Below, in pieces: positions 26,483 through 36,961 of a stretch of DNA of 55,486 nt; position 1 is the first letter of the stretch; every line of letters begins with the position of its first letter. A program made the translations under genes and the position numbers. The notes beneath the pieces are model-generated. The model searched no databases and had not been told where the DNA came from. It saw nothing but the letters and a program-made list of their open reading frames with translations. Origin of the DNA: Fonticula alba ATCC 38817 (taxonomy: Eukaryota; Protista; Nucleariida); NCBI GenBank assembly GCA_000388065.2, contig KB932203.1. One strand, given 5' to 3'.

Positions 26483-28092
26483 GGCCCCAAAGGCCACAAC
26501 CCCGATCGAAGACTGTGGGGTAGGGCCCCGGACGGCGCTGACGTCCTCCCCCATGCACCCGGGCCACGGTGCCAACGGATCACGACCACGTCCTTCAGGC
26601 AATCCCCCCCCCCCTCGCCAGACAATCGTTCAGACGCGCACGCCCGCGGAGCCACCCCCGTCCCCAGCACCTTCACACCGCCCGCCACCCCCGGGCCATG
26701 ACTCTCTGGCCATGCCATCCGCAGCATCCCCCCGCCCCCCCTCAGCGGCTGCCCATTTGCCGGTCTCACTTTTCTGCCTTCGTCCTTACCGCGTCCCCGG
26801 GAGCAGGCCAGTGCATTCGCAAGCCCCGGGATCGGCCTGCTTCGCGACCGCGACCCCCGTGGCGGAGGCATCGGGCTCGGGCCCTCCTCCCGCCCACTCG
26901 GCCCTGGCCTGGGCCTCCTCTTGCCCTACTTCTCTGGAGACGCTCCCTCTCTCTCTCTCTGCCCTTCCCCCAGGATGGGCACACACACACACACACACAT
27001 TGCTGGCCACAACAAGGAAAGGGCATGGCTCTCTCTCACTCGCTCGGATGTAGAGATGTGAGATGCATCCTGGGGCCGGAGGGGGGGGGCGGGCGACCGC
27101 CGGGAGAATTAGGCAACGGCACAGGCAGGCATGGCTCCCGAAGGGGGATCAGCCCTTGGCAAGGCCGGAAAAAAAATAAAACACACGCCACGGTACGCCA
27201 CCCTCCCGCATTCGAGGGAAGGCAAAATGCCTCGGCACGCCGGCAGCGGGCAGGAACGCCAGAGGAAGGAACAACACTGGCATCGGGCAGGCACAAGTTT
27301 CAAAGGCTATGGCGGGGGTGCAGGGCCGACAGCAGCGCGGGGGAGAGGGGCCAGAGGGGCACAAGTGCGCAGAAGTCGCCGCACACGCGAAAGGCCCCAG
27401 GACAGACACATGCACAGAAGACAAGCCAGCCCGAGCCCCCGCGCGCACATGCTTATGTCGGCTTCCCCGCACGCCGTCGCTCGCCCCTTCACACCCCGTC
27501 CTCCCCTCCTCCCGGCCATTCGCGATCGCCTGGGTGCCTCCACTTTGGCCGGAGCATGCACAGGCGCGGGGGGGGGGGGGGGGACCGGTCCACGGGCCGG
27601 GCGGAGGCCATCTCCACCTGCCCGCCATTCTCGCGTCCTCGGCCCCGCAGACACACACGCATGCTCTGTCAGTGGCGAAGACGACTCTCTCGGCCGGTCC
27701 CGGCCCTCCCCCCCGTCTACCTCGGTCCCGGGTCCGCTGGCGGCATGTGTGCCGGCAGGGGGTGGCCATGCGGGTAGGCCCGCCGGTCGTCTTAGTCGCT
27801 GGGCCTCCCTCCGGCACCCGGCCGCGCCCCCTCTCACCGCCTTTACACCTGGGCACGGATATGGCGCGATGCCCACAAACGTGGACATAGCCACATATGT
27901 ACACATACACATAACACCATATGTTTATATGCAGGCATGGAGGGCCTCTTGTTCGCTCGCGCGCGCGGCAACGCCGCACCGATACATGTGCGCCACACAG
28001 GCCCACGCCCTCGCTCGGGTACAAGTGAGCCGATCGCTCGCGAGCGAGAACGCGAGAGAATGGGGTGGGGTGGGGGAGCAAGAGCGCTCGCG

Positions 28093-28132
<40 letters not shown>

Positions 28133-28142
28133 AGAGGCAGAC

Positions 28143-30218
28143 TCAGAAGTACACCAGCGGCGGGAAGAACACCGGCTTGGGCTGGTTCGACCGGCGGAGG
28201 TTGCGAATACCGGCCGAGTAGGTGTTGGCGTTGGCCAGGACAACATGGTCGTGCAGGGCGCAGGTGTACTGCAGCATGGCCAGCTTGCGCACGACGTTGG
28301 TCCGGCAGCCGGGGTAGATGTCCTTCGGCGGGCAGTTGACCGGCACCCCGGGGAAGCGCTCGGCAATGCGGGTCAGCTGCTCGGGGTTGGCGTCGGTGAC
28401 GATGAAGAGCGACGTGGCATTGACATCGGCCGTGAAGAACTCCACCAGATCCAGGGTGGTGTCCAGGACGCTGGACCGGCCGCGCTGGGCAATGGCAATG
28501 TGCACGCAGATGGTGCCGTTGGCCGGCGGCAGGGCGGCAATGTGCTTGGCCAGGTCGCCGGTCAGCAGGTGGGGGTTGGTGCCGGCGTCGGCGCCGCCGG
28601 CCGGGACCGCCGCCTCGGCGTCCATCTCCAGGTCCCGGCGAGCGCGCTGGGCCGCGGTCGGCTCCGGGCCGGAGGCCACCGTCGGCAGGGTGTCCAGGCT
28701 GCCGAAGTCGTCGCTGCCCTCCTGCAGGGTGCTGCCGTCGGCCTTGAGCCCGGAGGCGGCCAGGGCCGAGCCCGACCCGGCGGACGAGTCGTCCGAGTCG
28801 TCGGAATCGTCCGAGTCGTCCGAGTCGTCCGAGCCGCTGGCATCGCTGCCGGCCGGCGAGTTGTCACCCGTGCGCCGGGCGGCCGGCTTGTCCGTGTCCC
28901 CGGCGGAGATGGCCACACGCTCGGTGCGATTGACCGGCTCGGCGGCCAGGCGCGCGGCCGCATGGGCCCGGACCACCAGCGTGGCCTGCTGGGCGGCCTG
29001 GTCCTTGCTGATGAGCTCATACATCTTGGTGCACTCCTTCTGGAAGTCCTTGGAGAAGGCCCGGCTGAGGGAGCTGTTGCGCTTGTACTCGCGCAGGTAC
29101 TGGCGCTCGGGCTGGGTGTAGATGGACAGCGAGCCGGACCGGTCATTGAGCGCCGCGGCCACCGACGCCGAGGAGGCCAGCTCGCCGGTGACATACAGCA
29201 AGTCCGCGGTCTCATGGCGCATGGGCTCGATGGAGGGCGCATGGCGAAGCTTGCAGGTGCCCGGCCCGGCGGCCAGCCCCGGCGTCAGGGGCCCCTGGCG
29301 GGGCACATGCGGGCAGGTGACCGGGTTCCAGCCATGCAGCAGGACGGCCTCCTGGTCGCCGCCGGCGTCGTCATCGGCCACCCCGATCCGGCACCAGGGG
29401 GCGTCCTCCATCTCATTTTCATGGTAGAAGTGCAAGTTGCTGGCCACCACACAGCGCGAGCCATTGTGCGACTCGGAGTAATCCTTCCAGTCGATGACGC
29501 GCAGGGGCCGGCGCAGGGGCCGGCCATCGGTCACTTCGCGGCCCTCGCGGAAGATGTGCGTCCCCTGGGCCGCGCGCTCCAGGTACTTGTTCATCGGGGC
29601 ATAGTCATACACATCGCTCATGGCCGTGCCGGCGTACGGCAGGACCAGGACACTGCGCCGGAGCAGGGCCGCCAGGTCCAACAGGGCAAACAGCTGCATT
29701 TGCCGGTCCCCAAAGAGCCCATAGGCACTGGTGACGATGTACTTCTCGGCCGGGTCGTCGTCCATGTCGTAGGTGGTCAGCCCGGCCGAGGGGCCATACC
29801 CGGCGGAGAATTGCTCCATGCCGCTGGCCGGGGCGATGGCCGGCACCGGCTCGCCCGCCTGCGGCGCATACTCGCTATGGAAGGAGGTGGCGTCCGGGTG
29901 CGCCGCGCGGAAGGCCCGCACCGCGGCCACCGACACCGAGTTCGAGTGCAGCAGCGCATCGCCATCCGGCCGGTCGAAGACGCTGCGCCACAGGAGCGGC
30001 CGCGAGCCGACGGCCGCCGTGCACATGAGCGACGCCAGCGGCTGCTCCAGGAGGCTGGTGGTGGCCGATGCCGCGGTGGCTGCCACCAGGCGCCGCCGGT
30101 CCTCCTCGATGACCAGGCTCGTGGACATCAGGGCGATGAAGCAGAGAGCCGCGATCGTCAGGAGCACGACGAACAGGGCCGCCCGCAGGGAAATGGACCT
30201 CCGAATGAGGATGGCCAT
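28143..30218 (-). CDS. Type II membrane O-fucosyltransferase-like (GT-B, POFUT/PF10250-like) protein, single exon, 691 aa
   Basis: GCCATGG start, short basic N-terminus, TM helix LRAALFVVLLTIAALCFIALM. KYIVTSAYGLFGDRQMQLFALLDLAALLRRSVLVLP resembles the O-FucT N-terminal G.nNq......a..lA..l.rtLVlP motif. ICVHIA, LFIVTD and LQYTCALHDHVVLANANTYSAGIRNLR resemble the C-terminal dq.ica.ad.f.g...Stfs..I...R motif. Confidence 0.7.
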   Translation of the reverse strand: MAILIRRSISLRAALFVVLLTIAALCFIALMSTSLVIEEDRRRLVAATAASATTSLLEQPLASLMCTAAVGSRPLLWRSVFDRPDGDALLHSNSVSVAAVRAFRAAHPDATSFHSEYAPQAGEPVPAIAPASGMEQFSAGYGPSAGLTTYDMDDDPAEKYIVTSAYGLFGDRQMQLFALLDLAALLRRSVLVLPYAGTAMSDVYDYAPMNKYLERAAQGTHIFREGREVTDGRPLRRPLRVIDWKDYSESHNGSRCVVASNLHFYHENEMEDAPWCRIGVADDDAGGDQEAVLLHGWNPVTCPHVPRQGPLTPGLAAGPGTCKLRHAPSIEPMRHETADLLYVTGELASSASVAAALNDRSGSLSIYTQPERQYLREYKRNSSLSRAFSKDFQKECTKMYELISKDQAAQQATLVVRAHAAARLAAEPVNRTERVAISAGDTDKPAARRTGDNSPAGSDASGSDDSDDSDDSDDSDDSSAGSGSALAASGLKADGSTLQEGSDDFGSLDTLPTVASGPEPTAAQRARRDLEMDAEAAVPAGGADAGTNPHLLTGDLAKHIAALPPANGTICVHIAIAQRGRSSVLDTTLDLVEFFTADVNATSLFIVTDANPEQLTRIAERFPGVPVNCPPKDIYPGCRTNVVRKLAMLQYTCALHDHVVLANANTYSAGIRNLRRSNQPKPVFFPPLVYF

Positions 30219-30579
30219 GGCGACTGGCGGGGCAACCGGGCCAAGAGCCGAGGGGTTAGCGGATGCAAGATCGATGTGCGCGACAGAGGCGGCCCTCCGG
30301 GAGACATACCCTATGAGGGACGCGAAGTGCGACCGGGGGAGGATCGCCCGCGGAGAAGATGGGGTGGAGGGGGGGGGGGTGGCCAAAAGAACCGCGCCGA
30401 TCGTGTTCAGGGGGACGAGCAAGGGGGGGGGGGGGGGGGGTAGTCGGCGAAGACGAAGGGCAGACTGGTGGCGGGAAGCTGGGGAGGGTGTAAATGTGGG
30501 CCACTTTGACTGAACTGTAGTCCAGGGGCCTCCGTAGCGCCGCTTAAGTATGTGTCCCGTCCCGGCCAGGACATGGGGC

Positions 30580-30613
<34 letters not shown>

Positions 30614-30707
30614 TGTGAGCGGGCCCGGTCCGCCGGTGTCCCCTGGCGCATCTGGGCATTGCCCGGTGGCCGAGCACACTGAGCATCCGTACCCAACCAC
30701 GCACACA

Positions 30708-30743
30708 TACGGGCATGCATACGGGCATGCATACGGGCATGCA
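30708..30743 (+). repeat. 12-nt tandem repeat (TACGGGCATGCA)x3 upstream of the O-fucosyltransferase-like gene
   Basis: Three exact units read directly. Confidence 0.85.
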
Positions 30744-32968
30744 TCGACACGGGCCGGCCAGAAGCCACATGCGAGACAGGGGGGACTGTGGAGCAGGGGG
30801 AGGAGGCGTCGCGACAATCAACTTTGGTGGTCGCCCGACCATGTCCCCCCCCCCCCCCCCCCCCGCCCAGCCCCGCCCTTGGGGCCGGGCCCCCAGTTGG
30901 CTGGCAGCTGGCCGCTCCGCGGGCCGCGACACGGGGCGGTCGTATCACCGCAGGGTGGCGGAAAGGCGGGCGGGGCGTGCGGCGAGGGCCTGGCTGAGAG
31001 CAGGGGGGGGGGCGGGGGGGCGAGTAGTCTAGCACCGAGCAGGACTATCTTCTGGACGCCCCCTGTGTGGGCTAAGTGCGCGTGCATGCACGCCTGGCCA
31101 CAATCGGGCCTGGCCTCTGGCCGATTGCCCGCCTGTCCGAGCTTCCCCACTGCCTCGCCGGACCGGGCCCTTCGTGACACCGGGTCCACCGGCGGGGCCA
31201 AACATCGGGATTTGAGCTGGCGTAGCGGTGCCGGCGGGCCGGTCGCCCGCGAGCGGCGTCGGGCGCCAGCCGGCCGCGGGGCCGGAGACCGGGGCCGAGG
31301 TCTGCTCGAGCGCCAGCCCGCCCGCCCGCCGGGAGGGGCCCGCGGCAGGGGCCTAATCTGATTGCCAACGAACCTCACACGATATGCTGGTTAAACTACC
31401 CCTGCCGCGGGAGGGGGAGGGGTCGCGGCGCCGGGCGGCCAGGCGAGATCCCCCGCGCGGGTCGGTCCGCCACCGGGGGAGAGATCCCGAACGGCCTCGG
31501 AGGGGGACGGGGAAATGGCGGCGCCCGGGAACGATCGGGACCTTTTGATTGTGGGCTCCGGACGGGCCCGGGCCCCGGAGAATTCCCAACACCAGGGCGG
31601 GCACTCGCGCGCGCGCGCGCTTGTGGGCCGGCGCCGTCGGCCGCGGACTTTGGAGCGCGGCTCGGATGGCAGGGGGACGGGCACGGGTGGCGAAAAAAAC
31701 AAAAACAAAAAGGAAGCCGCACGCAGTCCGGCGAAAGTGGGCCGATGGCGTGCGGGTGTGCGAGAGGGGCCGCACGCCGGGCCCCGGCCTCAAAGCCCAT
31801 CGATTCGGCCGACGGCGCCCTTCGCCGGCAGGGCGCGCGCAGTCCCTCCAGGGATCCGGCCGCCCCCCGCCCCCCCCCCCCCCCCCCCGGCCTGGAGGTC
31901 GGTGGTGCGGTGGGCGTCCGAGGGGGCTTTGGGCTGGGAGCCCAGGCATCGGGTGCCAACGAAATTTGCGACACCCCTTCGGATGAAGGGGGCGGCCAAA
32001 ACGCCAGGAACATTGTTCTGTGTAATCTGGCGCGGGCGACACGTGCCGTGTCGAGTATCACATGCGGTGGCACCAGAGAATGCCACTCCCCAGGCCGTGG
32101 GCCAGCATGCCGCCTTACCCCTCCTCCCTGGTTCCTGCCCACCTGCCTGCGTCCTGTGTCGGCTGGGGGGCAGGGGGAAACCCTGCATTTTTTATTGCTC
32201 ACTTCATTGGATGCCTGTGTGAAAGCGTGTGGAGTTGGTCCTCGCCCGGGGGATTTTTGAATTCCCTTGTCGCTCAAACAACCCTCCTGGCCGGGCGGAG
32301 GGTGCTTCTGGTGTTGTTGTATGGTTACCACCGGCCCGGGCCACACCCTCCCCGGGGTGGGAGAGCCCCTCGGTCCATGCTTGGGAGGGGGGACACGGGC
32401 ACCCCCCTGCGGCTCCCCGCCGCCACGGCTTCGGCGGCCGGGCGCGCCGCCCAGCCAAGGCCGCGGATCGACCATCAGAAGGATATGCGCCGTGTGGATG
32501 GCGGGGGGAGGGGGGGAACACCAGCACCGCGTGGGCGCGCGGTAGGGCGCGAGGACCCGACCCCGCCGTCGCCCCCGCCGTCACCCCCGCCGCGGGTCGC
32601 GAATTCGGCGCCTTTTTTCTAGAGCGCCCCCGGGCGGGTTCGCCGCGCCGGTCCTGAAGTGTCGGCGCGCTCGGTCACCGGGCCGCCCCCGGTTGCCGCT
32701 ATAAATAGCAGCGCCCCGGTCGCTCCCAGCCCCCAGTCGCCTCGTCAACAGGGACCTCTGTTCTCCCCCCTCACACATACCCCGCTGTGCCCTCCCCGTC
32801 TGTCTGTCTGCCCGCCCGACCGCGCCCTCCCTCTCCTCCTCTCTCTGTCTGTTGCGCCTGCCTGTGTGTGCCCGCGTGTGCGTGTGCATGGCCGCCTCCC
32901 GGTGTGTTGTGTCCCTCCCTCTCCTTGTCCCCGCGTTTGTAGGGAGTGAGCGCGCACCCATTGTAGCC

Positions 32969-32988
32969 ATGTCTGCCCCACCCTCGAC

Positions 32989-33029
<41 letters not shown>

Positions 33030-34302
33030 GGCCGAAGCAGCAGCAGCAGCAGCAACAGCAAGCACATCGACCGACCCCCCCCGCCACCGGCGGCGGGGTG
33101 GGGCAGAAGCCGGCCGGCCGGCGCCGTGGTGGCGCCCCGGCTGCACCCCCTGTCCGGATGAAGCTGGCGGTGGCCGCCTCGCCGGCTAGCCTGTCGGCCA
33201 GCCTGGCGGCGGCGTCCTCCCCGGCGCCCCCCCTCCCGCGCGGTCTGGAGCAGCGCCTCGTGACCGTGTTGGATTCGCACTTTGCGCACCTGGGCCAGGC
33301 GCGTCTCCAGCGCCAGGCCACCCGGTATCAGTCAGTGCGCGCGGCCCAGCGCGCCAAGCGTGCTGGCCTCCCCCCCGCCGAGAAGGTACACACATCTGTC
33401 TCTCCCTCCCCCCTCCCCCCCCTCCCCCCCCTCCCCCCCGCCGCCCGAGCGAGGGGGGGAAGCGCACGTGCTCTAGCGTGATGGTTATATGAACAATCTT
33501 TGAATGACTCAAGAAGTCACAATATGTAAACAACTTTTTCTGATCCTTCTGCCGCGCGCCTCCTCCTCCTCTCTCCTCCTTCATCGCACACACGCACACA
33601 CTGTCTCCCTTCCCTCGCTCTAACGCTGCCTTCCCCCCCCCTCCGCTTTTGTAGCCTGCGGTCCCGGCGACGCGGGCCCCGCTTCCCGATGCGCCCGGAT
33701 TGATCGTCGGCACGAACCAGGTCCTCCGGGCGCTGGAGCGCCGTGCGGATCGCCCCGGCTCGGCCGTGGTCTTCGTGGCGCTGGACGCCATGCTTCAGAC
33801 CCTGGCCACCGTGGTGTCGGCGGCCGCTCGGCGCCTCGGTTTCCCGGTGGCCTGCCTCAGCGCCTCGGCCGGCGATCTGTCTCGCATCTTCGGCCTGCCT
33901 CGGGTGACGACGTTCGCCGTGCTGGACGATGATGCGGCCTTGTTGTCCGGTCTGACGGGCATCCTGTGCCCGGTGGCCGCCGACGGCACCGCCATCCCTC
34001 TCCAGGTAGTGGCCCCCGTCGATGCCGACGCCGCCGCCGCCTCTTCCTCCTCCTCCCTGGCGCCGACGCCGGCGCGGCTCCAGCCTCCCCCCTTCCGGCA
34101 AGTCCCGCTGGTCCCCACCGAGCAGCGCGTTCCGCCGAGGGTGAGTCATGTCCTGCCGACGAAACCGCGCAAGCACCAGCCATCCCGGGCCCCAGGGGAG
34201 GGGATGGCGGCGGTCGCCGTCAGCAAGGGGAATCGTGTTGCCCGCGATGGCGGCGGCCAAGGGCCGCCACCGCCAGCCAAACGTCCGCGCTCTTCCTCTT
34301 AG
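32969..34302 (+). CDS. L7Ae/L30e-fold protein resembling RNase P/MRP subunit Rpp38/Pop3; join(32969..33385, 33655..34302); N-terminal poly-Q
   Basis: LIVGTNQVLRALER...VVFVA...A....FPVACL....DLSRIFGLPRVTTFAV fits the L7Ae kink-turn-binding fold and the Rpp38-type iG.NeV.raLEr motif. Phase-0 GT-AG intron; (CAG)n at ~32989-33062. Confidence 0.65.
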
Positions 34303-34363
34303 CTTCACAATATACAACGCACAACCCGACACATGTGCATATATAAAAATGCCCCCTCCCCCC

Positions 34364-34383
34364 AGATCGGAAGAGCGTCGTGT
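34364..34383 (+). other. Illumina TruSeq adapter remnant (assembly artefact) between false duplicate copies 34297-34363 and 34384-34450
   Basis: AGATCGGAAGAGCGTCGTGT flanked by a 67-nt exact direct duplication just after the Rpp38-like stop codon. Confidence 0.97.
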
Positions 34384-34779
34384 TCTTAGCTTCACAATAT
34401 ACAACGCACAACCCGACACATGTGCATATATAAAAATGCCCCCTCCCCCCCTTTGTTTCTCTCTCCCCCTGTGTAGTCGTGCGGCAGAAAAAAAAAGAGC
34501 GGGATACATGTCGAGAGACGGGGGGCGAGCGGGGGGAGAGGGGGAGAGCGTGCGCGACTGGCTGCAACACTGCTTGATGTGGGAAACATATTCTATTGTT
34601 CCCCCTGGGGGGGGGGGGAGGGGGCCGAGTGCTACTCTTACTGAGGAGGGGGGGTGGCCTGGCGCGGGGAACGCGGTGGGCGCGGCGGGCAAGGGGCGAC
34701 CCCCAGGAACTTCCGCACGCCTTTTCCCCCCGGGACAGGCAAACCGACATGTTAGAGAGAGAGGCGAGAGGGATCCGGC

Positions 34780-36138
34780 TCATGCGTGTGCGCGTGCTGA
34801 GGGCGTACCCTGTGCGTTGAAAAAGTGCCGCGAGAAGGTCGGGATTTGCTGCAGGATGCTGGGGTCGTGCAGTGCGTTGGTCGGGACGCGCACGATCGGG
34901 TCCAGATGCTCGGGCGCTACTCTCACCAGGGGAGGGCAGCCAGAGAGGCTTCGAGGGTGAGCGGCGACAGGGAATGGGAAAGCAAAGCGGCAGGGCGAAT
35001 CTGGCGCACCTTGCCCGGCGGGCCCCCCCGAGCTGAGGGACGGGATCTGGGCCAAGCTTGCCCGGAGTGCCTCAGCCCCGGTGGCGTTGATGCGTGCACA
35101 AAAGAGCACATATTTCGCCTGCTCAAAGTAGAAAAAGGGACTTTGAGAGGGGGAAAAAGGAGCAAGTGTGTGTGTATGTGTATGTGTGTGTATGCACACA
35201 GGGCGGCCGGTTAGACTGAGGACAAAAGTGCAGAAAGATTGTTGCGATGCCTGCCGGCACATTGGCCCTCTGCTTCCCCCCCCCCCCCCCTCCTAGCCAC
35301 CCCCTCCTTCGTGTGCCCGTACCTTGGCACGGGGTCGAAGACAATGTGGCGGAACAGCTGCTGCACGGCATCCCCACTCAGGCGGCCATGCCCTTCCTCA
35401 TGTAGCTCGCGCAGGGCCGTGGCCAGCGGCGTGAAGCGCCCGCCCTCGGTGTACACCTCGCACTCGGCACACACCGAGCAGGGGGCCCTGGAAGTGCAGC
35501 CCGGCATGCCGGCCAAGCAGGCCGTCGTCTGGCCGAAAATCGCGGCCGACAGATGCTCCACCGTGTCGAAGGTCTCGCGCTTGCCCCCGGGAACTGTCAT
35601 GGACACCTGCCCGCGGCGGAGCTCCTGCACAAAGAACAGAGACCCCGAAGCCTGGGCGAAGTCCGCCGTCAGGGGGCCCGGGTCGCTGGCGTCCGGAGCG
35701 TCGACCAGGATCAGCAGCCCGGCGGCTTTGAAGCGCTCGGCAAGGGCCTTGGTGGGCAGGCGTTGGAGGATCTCCTGAGCACAGACCGCCGGGCGGGCTG
35801 GGCGTCTGGATCCGGCTGGCAGGCCCCGCTGGCGGAACCCGAGCAGTGGCCGGAAAAGGGCAAACAGGCCGCCGGCTCGACGGAGGACAGCTGTGCCCGG
35901 CACCCCGAGGCCCGATGCCGAGCGGCANNNNNNNNNNNNNNNNNNNNNNNNNNNNNNNNNNNNNNNNNNNNNNNNNNNNNNNNNNNNNNAGGGGGAGTGT
36001 CAGGGTTGGGGCCGACCCGAAAAGCGGAGCACGCACGCGCGTGCATCTGAGGCGGAGATGCGTGGGCAGAGGCGCACCGGAGAGGGAGGACGCGCCGAAC
36101 ATGGCGGTCAGGGCCGCCGGCCGGGGGAACCAGCTCAT
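34780..36138 (-). CDS. Nudix hydrolase with an interrupted Nudix box; exons ~35890-35323, 35140-35010, ~34920-34780; 5' end obscured by gap 35928-35989
   Basis: AAGLLIL strand, then VPGGKRETFD and TPLATALRELHEEG (the two halves of GX5EX7REUXEEXGU), followed by FYFEQAKYVLF. Introns splice in frame. The N-terminus is Arg/Leu-rich and may be a mitochondrial targeting peptide. Confidence 0.7.
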
Positions 36139-36961
36139 AGTGCTCTGGAGAGGAAGGCGGATAGGGGGGGGGGGGGAGGTGGGGCGAGCGTGTGTGGGCT
36201 AACTCGTGCGCTGATGGGCTGGGGAGCGGGCAAAGTAAGAAGGGGGGAGATCGGGGGAGGGGGAGGGCTGCTGGCGGGGCATGTTCGGTGCAGGCTGGAT
36301 GGGCCAGGCCGGCTGAAAGGCCGGCGGCCACCTCGCGGGGCAGCACGCACCCGGGGCGCGTGATCTGCGGCATCGCTTGCCGGCCGGTGGCGCCATCCGG
36401 GCTCCACACCAGGCCCCGACGTGCGATGGCAGTTGGGCGGGCGTCCCTCGTGCCACTGGCGCCCCTGCACTAGAGATCGGGTCACTTGCTGGCGGCCCAA
36501 ACACTGGCTGGTGTGAATGTGTGTGTGCGTGCGTGCGTGTGTGTGCGTGTGCGGGTGCGTGCATCTCTTTCTACATCCTGTCTTTACGGGGTGTGCGCGT
36601 GTGCGCGAGGGGAGGCTTGGTTGGTGCTCTTCGGCAACCAAGCCCTGCCCCAGGGAAGCATCCCTACACAGTCCCCTCTTGCCCCTTCCTCCCCCTCCTC
36701 TCCCTCGGTCCTCCCCCAAGCACATTTATATAGAAGCCCGCATCCCGACGGGCAAGCGCAATCAAAGCACGCATACAAACACACAAAGGCAAGCATCCGG
36801 GCCAGTCGATAGTTTGGCAGGCAGCCCGACACCTACGCAGGAAACTCAACCGACACGCCAGGGGGAGCACTCGTCCTCTCCCTCCCTCCCTCTCTCTCTC
36901 TCTCTCTCCACCCTCTCCCCTCTCTCTGTCCCTCCTCCCCATTCCGCTTGTTCGTTGATAC

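Noticed and set aside
28065-30443. 792-aa plus-strand ORF, and similar long antisense ORFs (5904-7658, 10920-11936, 22167-24107, 50539-52989)
   Set aside because: These are antisense shadows of real GC3-rich genes. They have no motifs and show the typical Gly/Arg/Val-rich shadow composition.
30500-32900. Hidden gene in the O-FucT/Rpp38 divergent region
   Set aside because: The ORFs are Pro/Arg/Gly-rich with no motif or consistent splice pattern. It is treated as promoter/UTR, though a small exon cannot be excluded.
33655-34302. Ribosomal protein L7a/L30/S12 or Snu13/Nhp2
   Set aside because: The protein is too long and too divergent for these highly conserved proteins. The motif pattern fits Rpp38/Pop3 better, so no gene symbol is assigned.
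23905-34450. Three exact tandem duplications with a short spacer, suggestive of target-site duplications or a mobile element
   Set aside because: Each spacer is Illumina adapter sequence, so these are assembly artefacts.
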